This document shows positions 1-7,306 of a stretch of DNA of 33,224 nucleotides, in pieces. Made by a program: the position numbers and the translations under genes. The notes below the pieces were generated by a model. It made no database searches, had not been told where the DNA came from, and worked only from the letters and a program-made list of their open reading frames with translations. The first letter of the stretch is position 1, and each line of letters opens with the position of its first letter. Source of the stretch: Acidobacteriota bacterium (GTDB lineage Bacteria; Actinomycetota; Actinomycetes; Actinomycetales; Micrococcaceae); contig JABBNV010000002.1 in the NCBI GenBank assembly GCA_019352125.1, forward strand, positions 4,823 to 38,046, read 5' to 3'.

Positions 1-52
1 ACCAGTCCAATAAGAGCTAAAAGTACTCGGTTGAGCCCGCGAGGCGTAGCGT

Positions 53-652
53 TCATACGCCAATCACCCCGGAATGGGAAACGTTGACGGTAACCGTTGG
101 CATGGGCGACGGTGCCATCTTGGTCAGTTCCGCTTCCACCGCTTGGGCAATGCGTTCGGCGCTGACAGCCATTCCTGACGTTGGGCGCACATTCACAGTC
201 ACCAGCCGTTGGCCGACCACCACCATGACTTGGTCACGAGTCACGCCGGCACTCAGCCGTGCCCGGCGAGCCAGAGCCGCTGCAATGACTTCGTCATCCA
301 CCACCGTATGGACGCGTTGATCCAGCAGCGTGTGCCGCGCTCGCTTCCCTGGCAGCACGGCGTTGAGGAAGAACAGCAGGCCAATCAGAAACAGCACCAC
401 ACCCACTAGGCCCAGCAACACGGGCTCGGTTCCCGCGGGAAGATGCGCCATTTTATCCACGGCCGTTTGCGGATCATTGAGCCATGGCGGCTGACCCACT
501 GCTCGCAGGGCGGATTCAAGCAGTCCATAGATAGCCAAGAGAATGATCACGGCAGCGGCAACACCACTCAAGACGGACCGCGAGGAATGCGTTTCGCGGC
601 GCAGCGCCTTAGCCATCATGCGCTGTTGGCCGTCGGTCGATTCCGCGCTCAT
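53..652 (-). CDS. DUF6286-type membrane protein of the Asp23/alkaline-shock locus
   Basis: 199-aa ORF with a charged N-terminus, two hydrophobic helices (VAAAVIILLAIYGLL; VLLGLVGVVLFLIGLLFFL) and a soluble C-terminal domain. Its start overlaps the upstream stop (ATGA at 649-652). It is the last visible gene of an Asp23 operon. Family name is from memory of actinobacterial Asp23 loci. Confidence 0.55.
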   Translation of the reverse strand: MSAESTDGQQRMMAKALRRETHSSRSVLSGVAAAVIILLAIYGLLESALRAVGQPPWLNDPQTAVDKMAHLPAGTEPVLLGLVGVVLFLIGLLFFLNAVLPGKRARHTLLDQRVHTVVDDEVIAAALARRARLSAGVTRDQVMVVVGQRLVTVNVRPTSGMAVSAERIAQAVEAELTKMAPSPMPTVTVNVSHSGVIGV

Positions 653-1029
653 TGCACCCTCCGGCCAGTGACGTGTTTGGCTCCCGTGATGCGAATATCA
701 ACGCGGCTCAGCTCGGAACCGGTGAGCTCCCCTACCGTAGCTCCAATAATGCCCTTCGCCGCCACGGCGCGGTCCCATACGGTACCGCCCAGCGCGGCAA
801 CCTTGGCAGGGTTATGCACCACGTCCATCAAAGGGGGGATACCAATGGGGACGGCAACGGACAAAGCCAGCAGGCCGCCGTCGTCCGCAAAACTTACGCG
901 CACGTCCGCAGCCGAGACATCAAAAGCCTTGGCCGTGGCCATTTTGGCGATACTGCCCAGGGCCGCCGCATTGATGCGATTGTGGCCAGCCAGCTGCCCA
1001 GAACTGGTATTACCGGTACCTGCCGTCAC
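649..1029 (-). CDS. Asp23/Gls24-related small protein (divergent second copy)
   Basis: 126-aa ORF with a GTG start overlapping the upstream stop (GTGA at 1026-1029). Ala/Gly/Val-rich soluble protein with weak resemblance to the Asp23 fold. It sits between the DUF2273 and DUF6286 genes, as in other actinobacterial Asp23 operons. Confidence 0.45.
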   Translation of the reverse strand: MTAGTGNTSSGQLAGHNRINAAALGSIAKMATAKAFDVSAADVRVSFADDGGLLALSVAVPIGIPPLMDVVHNPAKVAALGGTVWDRAVAAKGIIGATVGELTGSELSRVDIRITGAKHVTGRRVQ

Positions 1030-1217
1030 GAGGAGGATCGCCGTCCGGTGAGAGCATCAATGACGCCACGCGGATCCAGCTTCCCTTCCAGAGCCCGGCC
1101 AACAGCGGCTCCCACAAGCATGAAGATGACGGCAATCAAGAAACCCCAAAAACCAAACTGGAACGCCATGAACGCTAGAAACGCCCCCACGCCCAGGCCA
1201 ACTACTGTCAAATTCAT
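1026..1217 (-). CDS. DUF2273-like small integral membrane protein
   Basis: 63-aa ORF with two predicted TM helices (VVGLGVGAFLAFMAFQFGFWGFLIAVIFMLVGAAVG). ATGA overlap with the asp23 stop at 1214-1217. This is the classic partner gene of Asp23. Confidence 0.6.
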   Translation of the reverse strand: MNLTVVGLGVGAFLAFMAFQFGFWGFLIAVIFMLVGAAVGRALEGKLDPRGVIDALTGRRSSS

Positions 1218-1714
1218 AGCACTTCTCTCTTTGCTCCGGTGGAACCAGTGCCCGCGGTAACGTGGCCGCTGGGCCGTGCTGAAGCCTTGTCCTCGACCGT
1301 GGCAATGAAGACATCCGTGATCTCAACATTGACTTCGATCACCATGAGACCTACCAGCTTTTCAACCGCTGCGTAGACGGCCGATCGAATGGCATTGGCC
1401 AGCTGCTGCAGCGGCACCCCATATTCCGCCACCAGATTGACGTCCACAGCAACCTGCGTTTCCCCCACTTCCACGCGAATTCCCTGGGTCATGTCCGTTG
1501 AGCCGACAGCGTCACGGATGGCTCCCAATGCACGCGCAGATCCGGAGCCCAGGCCGTGAACGCCAGGAACGGAGCGTGCCGCAATGCCCGCAATCTTGGC
1601 GACGGCCGCATCGAAAATGACCGTAGAACCTTGAGCCCCTGGGGTAGGCGCGGTGCGCGGAGGAAGTGAATCCGCCGCCAAGGGTGCCGGTGTTGGATCA
1701 GTCATGGATTCCAA
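1214..1714 (-). CDS. Asp23/Gls24 family envelope (alkaline shock) stress response protein
   Basis: 166-aa ORF. The core VIFDAAVAKIAGIAARSVPGVHGL...GIRVEVGETQVAVDVNLVAEYGVPLQQLANAIRSAVYAAVEKLVGL..VNVEITDV is typical of Asp23. A GAGAGG Shine-Dalgarno lies about 10 nt upstream. Confidence 0.85.
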   Translation of the reverse strand: MESMTDPTPAPLAADSLPPRTAPTPGAQGSTVIFDAAVAKIAGIAARSVPGVHGLGSGSARALGAIRDAVGSTDMTQGIRVEVGETQVAVDVNLVAEYGVPLQQLANAIRSAVYAAVEKLVGLMVIEVNVEITDVFIATVEDKASARPSGHVTAGTGSTGAKREVL

Positions 1715-1780
1715 GCCTCTCTATTGTTCCTACCGTAAGCCTATGCAGGGACACTCAGCAGGGCAATGCGATGGCACCTG

Positions 1781-2212
1781 CTATTGGGCGTTCGACTGCG
1801 ACGGCGGCATGATCAGCACCGGGCAACTGGTCTTGTAGACAAGACGATGCGCCAACCGTGGAGATACGGAACTGATGGCACCGCGTGGAGCATCCACCAC
1901 CAGCAACTCCGCGCCCATGGATTCGCCCAGTAGTACTTTGCTAGGCGTACCGCGCACCAGCTTGCACTCCACCTCAACACCCAGGGTGTGTATCACTTGG
2001 TCTCGCAGGGCTTTCTCCGCCTGAGCAAACAGTGTCTTTGTATCCGCTGCAACCGCCGGCGGCCTGGTCCCCGAAGTACCTGGTGCTCGCGGCGGGGTCC
2101 ATGCCTGAACGGCCACCAGTTGAGCGTTGCGGAGTTCTGCCTCCCGCGCGGCCATCCGCAATGCTCCCGGTGAGCCGCTTGATGCGCTCACACCAACCAC
2201 CACTTTGGTCAT
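1781..2212 (-). CDS. universal stress protein (single USP domain)
   Basis: 143-aa ORF with MTKVVVGVSASSGS...LVAVQAW...LLVVDAPRG...CPVLIMP, the USP-A fold pattern. GAGGAG SD upstream. The start overlaps the MFS stop (ATGA at 2209-2212). Confidence 0.8.
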   Translation of the reverse strand: MTKVVVGVSASSGSPGALRMAAREAELRNAQLVAVQAWTPPRAPGTSGTRPPAVAADTKTLFAQAEKALRDQVIHTLGVEVECKLVRGTPSKVLLGESMGAELLVVDAPRGAISSVSPRLAHRLVYKTSCPVLIMPPSQSNAQ

Positions 2213-3738
2213 GACTCTTCTCCTCTTCTTGACACGGGTTCCTTAACTCTGGAGAGCGGATCTGCCACGTCCTCCAACCCCTTACCTTCAGCATCCACGC
2301 CAAAGAACAGCGCAATCAGTCCACCGAGCAGCATGATGCCCGCGCCCAGGTAGTAACCGGCGCTCAGTGGCCCCCTGTCATGGCCGTCACCCACCAAGGC
2401 TCCGAAGATCACCGGCCCCAGCGACCCGACAATCTGGGCTACTGCAAAGAAGTACGAAATTGCTTGCCCACGCAATTCAAGAGGGAAGATCTCGCTCACC
2501 GTCAGGTACGCGCTGGACGCACCTGCGGAGGCGAAGAAGAAGGCTACACACCACAAGACGACGTGAATGGTGGCGTTAATGCTTCCAGCCTGGAAGAGCA
2601 TGGCGGAAAATGCCAGCACGACGGCGGCCAGGCCGTAGGTGCCAAAAATCATCTTGCGTCGGCCAACAGTGTCAAAGAGTGGGCCCAGCAACAGCGGGCC
2701 CAACAGGTTTCCGATGGCGAAGGGGAAAAAGTAGATTGCAATGGAGCCCTTAGGAATGGCGTAGAAATTCTCTAACACCAAGGCGTAGCTGAAGAAGATG
2801 GCGTTATAGAGGAAGGACTGCGTAATCATCATGCTGAGGCCCAAGAACGTTCGCTTGGGGTAGTCCTTGACGAACACGCGCACCACTTGGGAGAACGGAA
2901 CGCTGGTTACTGGAGCGATCAGCATTGCCTGATCCTCCGTGACCACACTCAGCGTCTTCCCGGAGGCTTCCATATCCGCCTCGATCTTGTCCACAATGAC
3001 GGTGGCTTCGTCCCCCTTGCCGTGCGTCACCATCCACCGCGGGCTTTCCGGGATGTGCCGGCGCAGGTAAATGATGATCAGCCCCAGCACGGGGCCAATG
3101 AAGAAACCGATCCGCCAGCCCCAACCGTTCGCGAAGTCCGGGTTGTCAGTCGGGAGCAGGAAGAAGTTCGCTGCGGCGCCTAGAGCAGCACCAGCCCAGT
3201 ACGTTCCATTGACGGCAATATCAACCCGGCCGCGGTACCTGGAGGGGATCAGCTCATCAATAGCGGAGTTGATAGCCGTGTATTCCCCGCCGATGCCGGT
3301 ACCCGCAATGAATCTGAAGACCCAGAGAAACCACATGTCCTGGGAGAGACCAGCAATTCCGCTGGCCACCAGATAGATGGCCAGGGTGAGGATGAACAGT
3401 CGCTTTCGTCCGAGCCTGTCTGCCAAGCGGCCAAAGAAAAGGGCACCCACTACCTGACCAATCAGATAGACGGTGCCCGTGAGGCCAATTTGCTCACTGT
3501 TCATATGGAGCGCAGTGGCAAATCCGTTTTGCGCAACAATTTGAACTTCCAGACCGTCCAGAATCCACGAGACTCCGAGGCCCACCACCACCGTCCAATG
3601 AAATTTGGTCCACGGCAGCCTGTCCATCCGCGCCGCAACAACACTGCGGATCGGCTTCGGCGTGTCAACACTTGCTGAGTTAGTCACTGCGCTCCTCCTT
3701 GAGGCCAACGGCGGCATAACCTTCATGCCCTGCAGCAA
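2209..3738 (-). CDS. MFS transporter, sugar-porter/metabolite:H+ symporter type
   Basis: 509-aa ORF with about 12 TM segments. Motifs include GRLADRLGRKR (MFS loop 2-3 motif) and PESPRW. The start could be M1, M5 or M8 (3738/3726/3717). Confidence 0.85.
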   Translation of the reverse strand: MLQGMKVMPPLASRRSAVTNSASVDTPKPIRSVVAARMDRLPWTKFHWTVVVGLGVSWILDGLEVQIVAQNGFATALHMNSEQIGLTGTVYLIGQVVGALFFGRLADRLGRKRLFILTLAIYLVASGIAGLSQDMWFLWVFRFIAGTGIGGEYTAINSAIDELIPSRYRGRVDIAVNGTYWAGAALGAAANFFLLPTDNPDFANGWGWRIGFFIGPVLGLIIIYLRRHIPESPRWMVTHGKGDEATVIVDKIEADMEASGKTLSVVTEDQAMLIAPVTSVPFSQVVRVFVKDYPKRTFLGLSMMITQSFLYNAIFFSYALVLENFYAIPKGSIAIYFFPFAIGNLLGPLLLGPLFDTVGRRKMIFGTYGLAAVVLAFSAMLFQAGSINATIHVVLWCVAFFFASAGASSAYLTVSEIFPLELRGQAISYFFAVAQIVGSLGPVIFGALVGDGHDRGPLSAGYYLGAGIMLLGGLIALFFGVDAEGKGLEDVADPLSRVKEPVSRRGEES

Positions 3739-3781
3739 TACATTGAGCTCGAACGTCCCACCGTCGACCCCACGCCACAGA

Positions 3782-3811
3782 AACTTACTCGCTTAGACAG
3801 TGTGCTGACAA
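3782..3811 (-). promoter_or_regulatory. candidate promoter for the MFS-USP-Asp23 operon
   Basis: On the minus strand: TTGTCA, 18 nt, TAAGTT (TAnnnT). It overlaps an imperfect palindrome, TGACAAATGTTTTTCA. Pattern match only. Confidence 0.25.
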
Positions 3812-3841
3812 ATGTTTTTCAAAACACTGGATGCCGGAAAA

Positions 3842-3874
3842 GAAAAAAGAACCCCTCTCATGGAGGGGTTCTTT
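3842..3874 (-). terminator. intrinsic terminator of the tRNA operon
   Basis: 10-bp perfect stem (3848-3857 pairs with 3863-3872, AGAACCCCTC/GAGGGGTTCT) with a 5-nt loop. On the minus strand it is followed by a run of U (plus-strand AAAAAA at 3843-3848). It lies immediately 3' of tRNA-Phe. Confidence 0.75.
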
Positions 3875-3878
3875 AGTG

Positions 3879-3951
3879 TGGCTCCGACCGGCGTCGATCC
3901 GGTGACCTTTCGATTTTCAGTCGAACGCTCTACCAACTGAGCTACAGAGCC
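3879..3951 (-). tRNA. tRNA-Phe (anticodon GAA)
   Basis: Reverse complement GGCTCTGTAGCTCAGTTGGTAGAGCGTTCGACTGAAAATCGAAAGGTCACCGGATCGACGCCGGTCGGAGCCA folds as a 73-nt cloverleaf. The anticodon loop is CTGAAAA. No CCA is encoded. The T-loop reads ATCGACG (see findings). Confidence 0.9.
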
Positions 3952-4000
3952 TTGGTGAACTGATCACCTTGGACATTTTCGGTCAAACCGAAAAACCAAG

Positions 4001-4074
4001 CGACCCTGACGGGACTCGAACCCGCGACCTCCGCCGTGACAGGGCGGCGCGCTAACCAACTGCGCTACAGGGCC
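4001..4074 (-). tRNA. tRNA-Asp (anticodon GTC)
   Basis: Reverse complement GGCCCTGTAGCGCAGTTGGTTAGCGCGCCGCCCTGTCACGGCGGAGGTCGCGGGTTCGAGTCCCGTCAGGGTCG is a 74-nt cloverleaf with a canonical TTCGAGT T-loop. No CCA is encoded. Confidence 0.93.
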
Positions 4075-4150
4075 TTGAATTTAGCACTTTCGGGCCAAAT
4101 CAAGAGTTACATCTTATCAGCATTTTCACGCTGTTTTCGCCATAAGCGAG

Positions 4151-4223
4151 TACCCCCAACGGGATTCGAACCCGTGCCGCCGCCGTGAAAGGGCGGTGTC
4201 CTAGGCCGCTAGACGATGGGGGC
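4151..4223 (-). tRNA. tRNA-Glu (anticodon TTC)
   Basis: Reverse complement GCCCCCATCGTCTAGCGGCCTAGGACACCGCCCTTTCACGGCGGCGGCACGGGTTCGAATCCCGTTGGGGGTA is a 73-nt cloverleaf with a G1-U72 pair, typical of actinobacterial tRNA-Glu. No CCA is encoded. Confidence 0.93.
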
Positions 4224-4292
4224 ATAGGACACATTCAAAACACGAGCTGCCGAAAAAAGTGCAAGCAGATTGCTCCGAAGTGGACCTATAAA

Positions 4293-4321
4293 ACTATAGG
4301 GGCAGATCCCCAAATACACAA
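4293..4321 (-). promoter_or_regulatory. candidate promoter of the tRNA-Glu/Asp/Phe operon
   Basis: On the minus strand: TTGTGT, 17 nt, TATAGT, about 70 nt upstream of the mature tRNA-Glu 5' end. Pattern match only. Confidence 0.3.
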
Positions 4322-4379
4322 AACGCCGCACAAGTCTGACTCGCAGAACCGATTCGATCAATGCCGCGATGGACAAATC

Positions 4380-4433
4380 GAGATGACAGTTGGTGGGGCT
4401 TCAGTTGACTGAAGCCCCACCAACTGTCATCTC
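4380..4433. repeat. 54-nt near-perfect palindrome (26-bp potential stem)
   Basis: GAGATGACAGTTGGTGGGGCTTCAGT tg ACTGAAGCCCCACCAACTGTCATCTC. Every position pairs except the central TG. It lies in the divergent region between the tRNA operon and the NlpC/P60 gene. Confidence 0.9.
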
Positions 4434-4526
4434 ACGCGTCAAGAAACTAAGAAGGTGCCAGAGACACGCCGGTGCAAATGTTAGAGAATTACATCCCTGT
4501 TGTTTATGTTATTCATGTGGCAAGTG

Positions 4527-4556
4527 TTGCCAAAGTGACATTTGTACACGTAGCCT
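4527..4556 (+). promoter_or_regulatory. candidate promoter for the NlpC/P60 gene
   Basis: TTGCCA, 18 nt, TAGCCT inside the AT-rich island. It would give a leader of about 150 nt. Pattern match only. Confidence 0.2.
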
Positions 4557-4714
4557 ATGTCCTGTTGTGTTGACGCAATCAGGCAAAAGTAGTGCGACCG
4601 GAGACTTTAGCTCCCCGGATGGCAGCGGAACTCACCGCTCTTTTAGCCCCAGATTGGCCTAGTGATCTAGTCCCAGTCGCGTCACGCACATTGGGCTAGT
4701 TGAGGACAATGGGT

Positions 4715-6169
4715 ATGAGTTTGGCGAAGCAACCAGCTGACGTCTCGGTGAAGGGCAAGGGTCGTCGCACCATGCGCACGGTACATTTTGCCGTTCGCAG
4801 CACAGTTGTTGTTGCCTGCGCCGCTCTGGTGTTGGGCTCCATCACCACAGGCGCTCAAGCCTCCGTACTGCCAACCTCCGTCCAGCCAGCAACGGCACTG
4901 CCCGCGCAAAAGTCCACTATCGACATCCCTACCCCGGATGATATTGCTGCCGCAAAGAGTAGCGAGGCGGGAACCGCTGCCGAAGTTACCAAGATTGAAG
5001 CACTGCTGGACGCTGCCAACGCTAAGCTGAAGGCCAGCATTGGTGATTCCAGCCGCGCAAATGATGCCTACACGTCCGCATTGACCACGCTGGCGGATCG
5101 CCAGAGCGCGGCCGCCACTGCTAAGGCCAAGGCCGCGGAGGCTCAGGCAGCTTCAGACAAGGCCAAGAAGCAAGTGGGTCAACTAGCTGGGGACCTCTAC
5201 AAAAATGCTGGCATGACGCCGGGAGTGCAATCCATCCTGACCGGCGCAACCAATGCTGACTCGCTCTACGAGGCCTCCACGCTGAACGCCCTGGGGGAAT
5301 CGCGCAACACCATCCTTGCCAACGCGCAGAGCGCTGCCGGGTCCGCAAAATCGCTTAAGGACCAGGCCGACGCCGCGCAACGTGCGGCAGACGATGCCAG
5401 CAGGACGGCCAACGACGCAAAGTCCGCGGCACAAGGCGCTGTGGATGCTCAAAACCAGGCCGTCGCCCAGACAGCCAGTGACAAGTCCACCTTGATTGAC
5501 CAGTTAGCCACCTTGCACAACACCACCGTCGCCTTGGAAACTCAGCGGGTCAACGGCCTCGAAGCGCAAAAACAGCAGGCAGCTCTGGCCGCCGTGATGG
5601 CAGCAGCTACGGCCAAGGCTGCCGCAGACCAACAAGCAGCATCTCAAGCGGCCGCTGCCCAGGCCGCGCAACAGCTGCCCGCTGCGCAGACGCAGGCAGT
5701 GGTGCCGGTGCAAGCCGCGCCCGCACAGCCAGCTGCACCGGTTGCCTACACTCCCCCCGCGGCACCACAAGCGCCCCCGGTCAACAACCCTGCCCCGCCG
5801 AGCTCAGGTGGCGGCTCAGTGGTGGGCTTTGCCCTGTCAAAGGTGGGCAGCCCGTACTCCTGGGGCGGCACGGGCCCGGGTTATGACTGCAGCGGACTCG
5901 TATGGAAGGCCTACGCCTCTGTGGGCATCAACCTGCCCCGCGGTGGTAGCGACCAGTTCAACGCAGCCCCCATCCACGTACCGCTCAGCCAAGCCCAGCC
6001 AGGCGATTTGGTGATGTTCAACTCGGCCGGGCCCAACTATTGGACGCACATTGCCATCTACATTGGCAACGACCAGATCGTTCAGGCCCTGAACCCGACA
6101 GATGGCGTTTCCGTGAACACGATCGCCAGCATGTGGGTTCCGCCGTATGGAATCGTTGCCCGGTACTAG
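4715..6169 (+). CDS. secreted RipA-like peptidoglycan endopeptidase (coiled-coil N-domain plus C-terminal NlpC/P60)
   Basis: The ORF opens at TTG 4700. ATG 4715 has a GAGGA SD 8 nt upstream; ATG 4772 is an alternative start. Signal peptide MRTVHFAVRSTVVVACAALVLGSITTGAQA, then a long Ala/Gln/Lys-rich helical region, a Pro/Ala linker and an NlpC/P60 core: SPYSWGGTGPGYDCSGLVWKAY...HIAIYIG (catalytic Cys and His). Confidence 0.85.
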   Translation: MSLAKQPADVSVKGKGRRTMRTVHFAVRSTVVVACAALVLGSITTGAQASVLPTSVQPATALPAQKSTIDIPTPDDIAAAKSSEAGTAAEVTKIEALLDAANAKLKASIGDSSRANDAYTSALTTLADRQSAAATAKAKAAEAQAASDKAKKQVGQLAGDLYKNAGMTPGVQSILTGATNADSLYEASTLNALGESRNTILANAQSAAGSAKSLKDQADAAQRAADDASRTANDAKSAAQGAVDAQNQAVAQTASDKSTLIDQLATLHNTTVALETQRVNGLEAQKQQAALAAVMAAATAKAAADQQAASQAAAAQAAQQLPAAQTQAVVPVQAAPAQPAAPVAYTPPAAPQAPPVNNPAPPSSGGGSVVGFALSKVGSPYSWGGTGPGYDCSGLVWKAYASVGINLPRGGSDQFNAAPIHVPLSQAQPGDLVMFNSAGPNYWTHIAIYIGNDQIVQALNPTDGVSVNTIASMWVPPYGIVARY

Positions 6170-7179
6170 GGAGTACCGAGCAGTGGCCCGAAGGAGGGCC
6201 TGTCCTCCAGTCGCGGATCCGGTACATCCCGCACCACCATCACCGGCCCCTTCGCATGATGCAGCACCCCGTCCGTAGTGGAACCCAGCAGCATGCCAGC
6301 GAAACCACCCTTGCCTCGGGAGCCCAGCACCAACAGTTCTGACTCACGGGAGGCCTCGATCAAGGCCTCCACGGGTTGCGCGTCAATGAGTTCCATACTG
6401 ATGTCCAGCTTCGGAAAGTGACTCTGCAGCCAGGATTTCCCGGCAGCTAGTTGGCCACGAATTTCCTCAAACAGGCCGTCATGATCAACCGCCGCGGGCA
6501 TCCATGCCAGGGAGCCGTTGTACGGCGGAACGGCACACAGCACCCGCAGAGACAACCCTGAACTCATTGCATATTCAGCGGCAGTCAGGACGGCGGACCG
6601 GGCCTGCTCCGAGCCGTCCACACCCACCGTCACCTGCGCCTTCACATCCTGCGGCAGGCTCTGATCCTTGCCGGGATGAGCGGGCGCTTCGCCCAGACGA
6701 GCCGCACAGGTCAACGGAACCGTCACGGTGGGGCAATGCGAGTGCGCCGGAAGGGCACTGGAAACCGAACCCAACAGGCGCCCAACAAAGCCGCCCCTAC
6801 CGCGCGTACCGAAAACCAGCATGGTGGCCGTCTTGCTGAGGTCCAGCAGCACGCCAGCAGCATCCCCGCTTTCCACACGCGCATCCACGTCAATGTTGAA
6901 CGAGGCTACTTTCTCCTGCGCATGCGCAACTACAGCCCGGGCACTCTCCCGGATGACGTCGTCGTCAACCGTGGCGTACCCGCCGTCCAAACCTGAAGCC
7001 GCAAACACCGGCACGGAATAGGCCGTTACGAGGTGCAGCGGCAGGTGTTGCCGCTCCGCTTCCCGTGCCGCCCAGATCACGGCGCAATCGCCCTGATCCG
7101 AACCGTCCACACCCACCACGATTCCGGTGGCTGGAACGGGCGCTTCCTGCGGATCAATCTCTGCTGATTCGTGCGTCAT
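6166..7179 (-). CDS. tandem-domain universal stress protein
   Basis: Two USP repeats (IVVGVDGSDQG...LVFGTRGRGGF...CPTVTVP and VTVGVDGSEQA...LVLGSRGKGGF...GPVMVV). The start was chosen at MTHESAEID (ATG 7177-7179) with a GGAGGA SD 8 nt upstream. The longer 455-aa ORF would overlap the divergent neighbour. Confidence 0.8.
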   Translation of the reverse strand: MTHESAEIDPQEAPVPATGIVVGVDGSDQGDCAVIWAAREAERQHLPLHLVTAYSVPVFAASGLDGGYATVDDDVIRESARAVVAHAQEKVASFNIDVDARVESGDAAGVLLDLSKTATMLVFGTRGRGGFVGRLLGSVSSALPAHSHCPTVTVPLTCAARLGEAPAHPGKDQSLPQDVKAQVTVGVDGSEQARSAVLTAAEYAMSSGLSLRVLCAVPPYNGSLAWMPAAVDHDGLFEEIRGQLAAGKSWLQSHFPKLDISMELIDAQPVEALIEASRESELLVLGSRGKGGFAGMLLGSTTDGVLHHAKGPVMVVRDVPDPRLEDRPSFGPLLGTP

Positions 7180-7306
7180 CGTCGTGTTCCTCCATCCGGC
7201 CGCGTCCTTGCGAGCAGGGCCATACTCACGACTATCGTCGCGAATTGCGGGCAGGTCAAGCAGCTGCCTACTTCTGCCAGGCCGCGCCGCATGGCAGAGT
7301 GTGACC

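Noticed and set aside
3739-4433. A tRNA cluster as an integration hotspot, meaning a possible genomic island or att site next to tRNA-Phe or tRNA-Glu.
   Set aside because: There is no integrase, no duplicated tRNA 3' segment that I could spot, and the flanking genes are ordinary core-type genes. Only the palindrome remains unexplained, and it is reported separately.
4390-4662. A 90-aa Cys-rich ORF (CCLCYSCGKCCQSDICTRSLC) that could be taken for a small secreted or RiPP-like peptide.
   Set aside because: It starts at a TTG inside the palindrome with no SD. The Cys residues simply reflect the TGT-rich AT-rich DNA, and the ORF runs through the likely promoter and leader of the NlpC/P60 gene. 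It would need ribosome-profiling evidence to revive.
4560-4714. A c-di-AMP (ydaO-yuaA) riboswitch, expected by analogy upstream of an actinobacterial NlpC/P60 gene.
   Set aside because: I could not find the conserved cores I remember (ACGGGGA..CCA, GGGGUGAAUC, CCGAAxCCGACAGCU.ACCUCG) on either strand. Only cmscan can exclude it formally.
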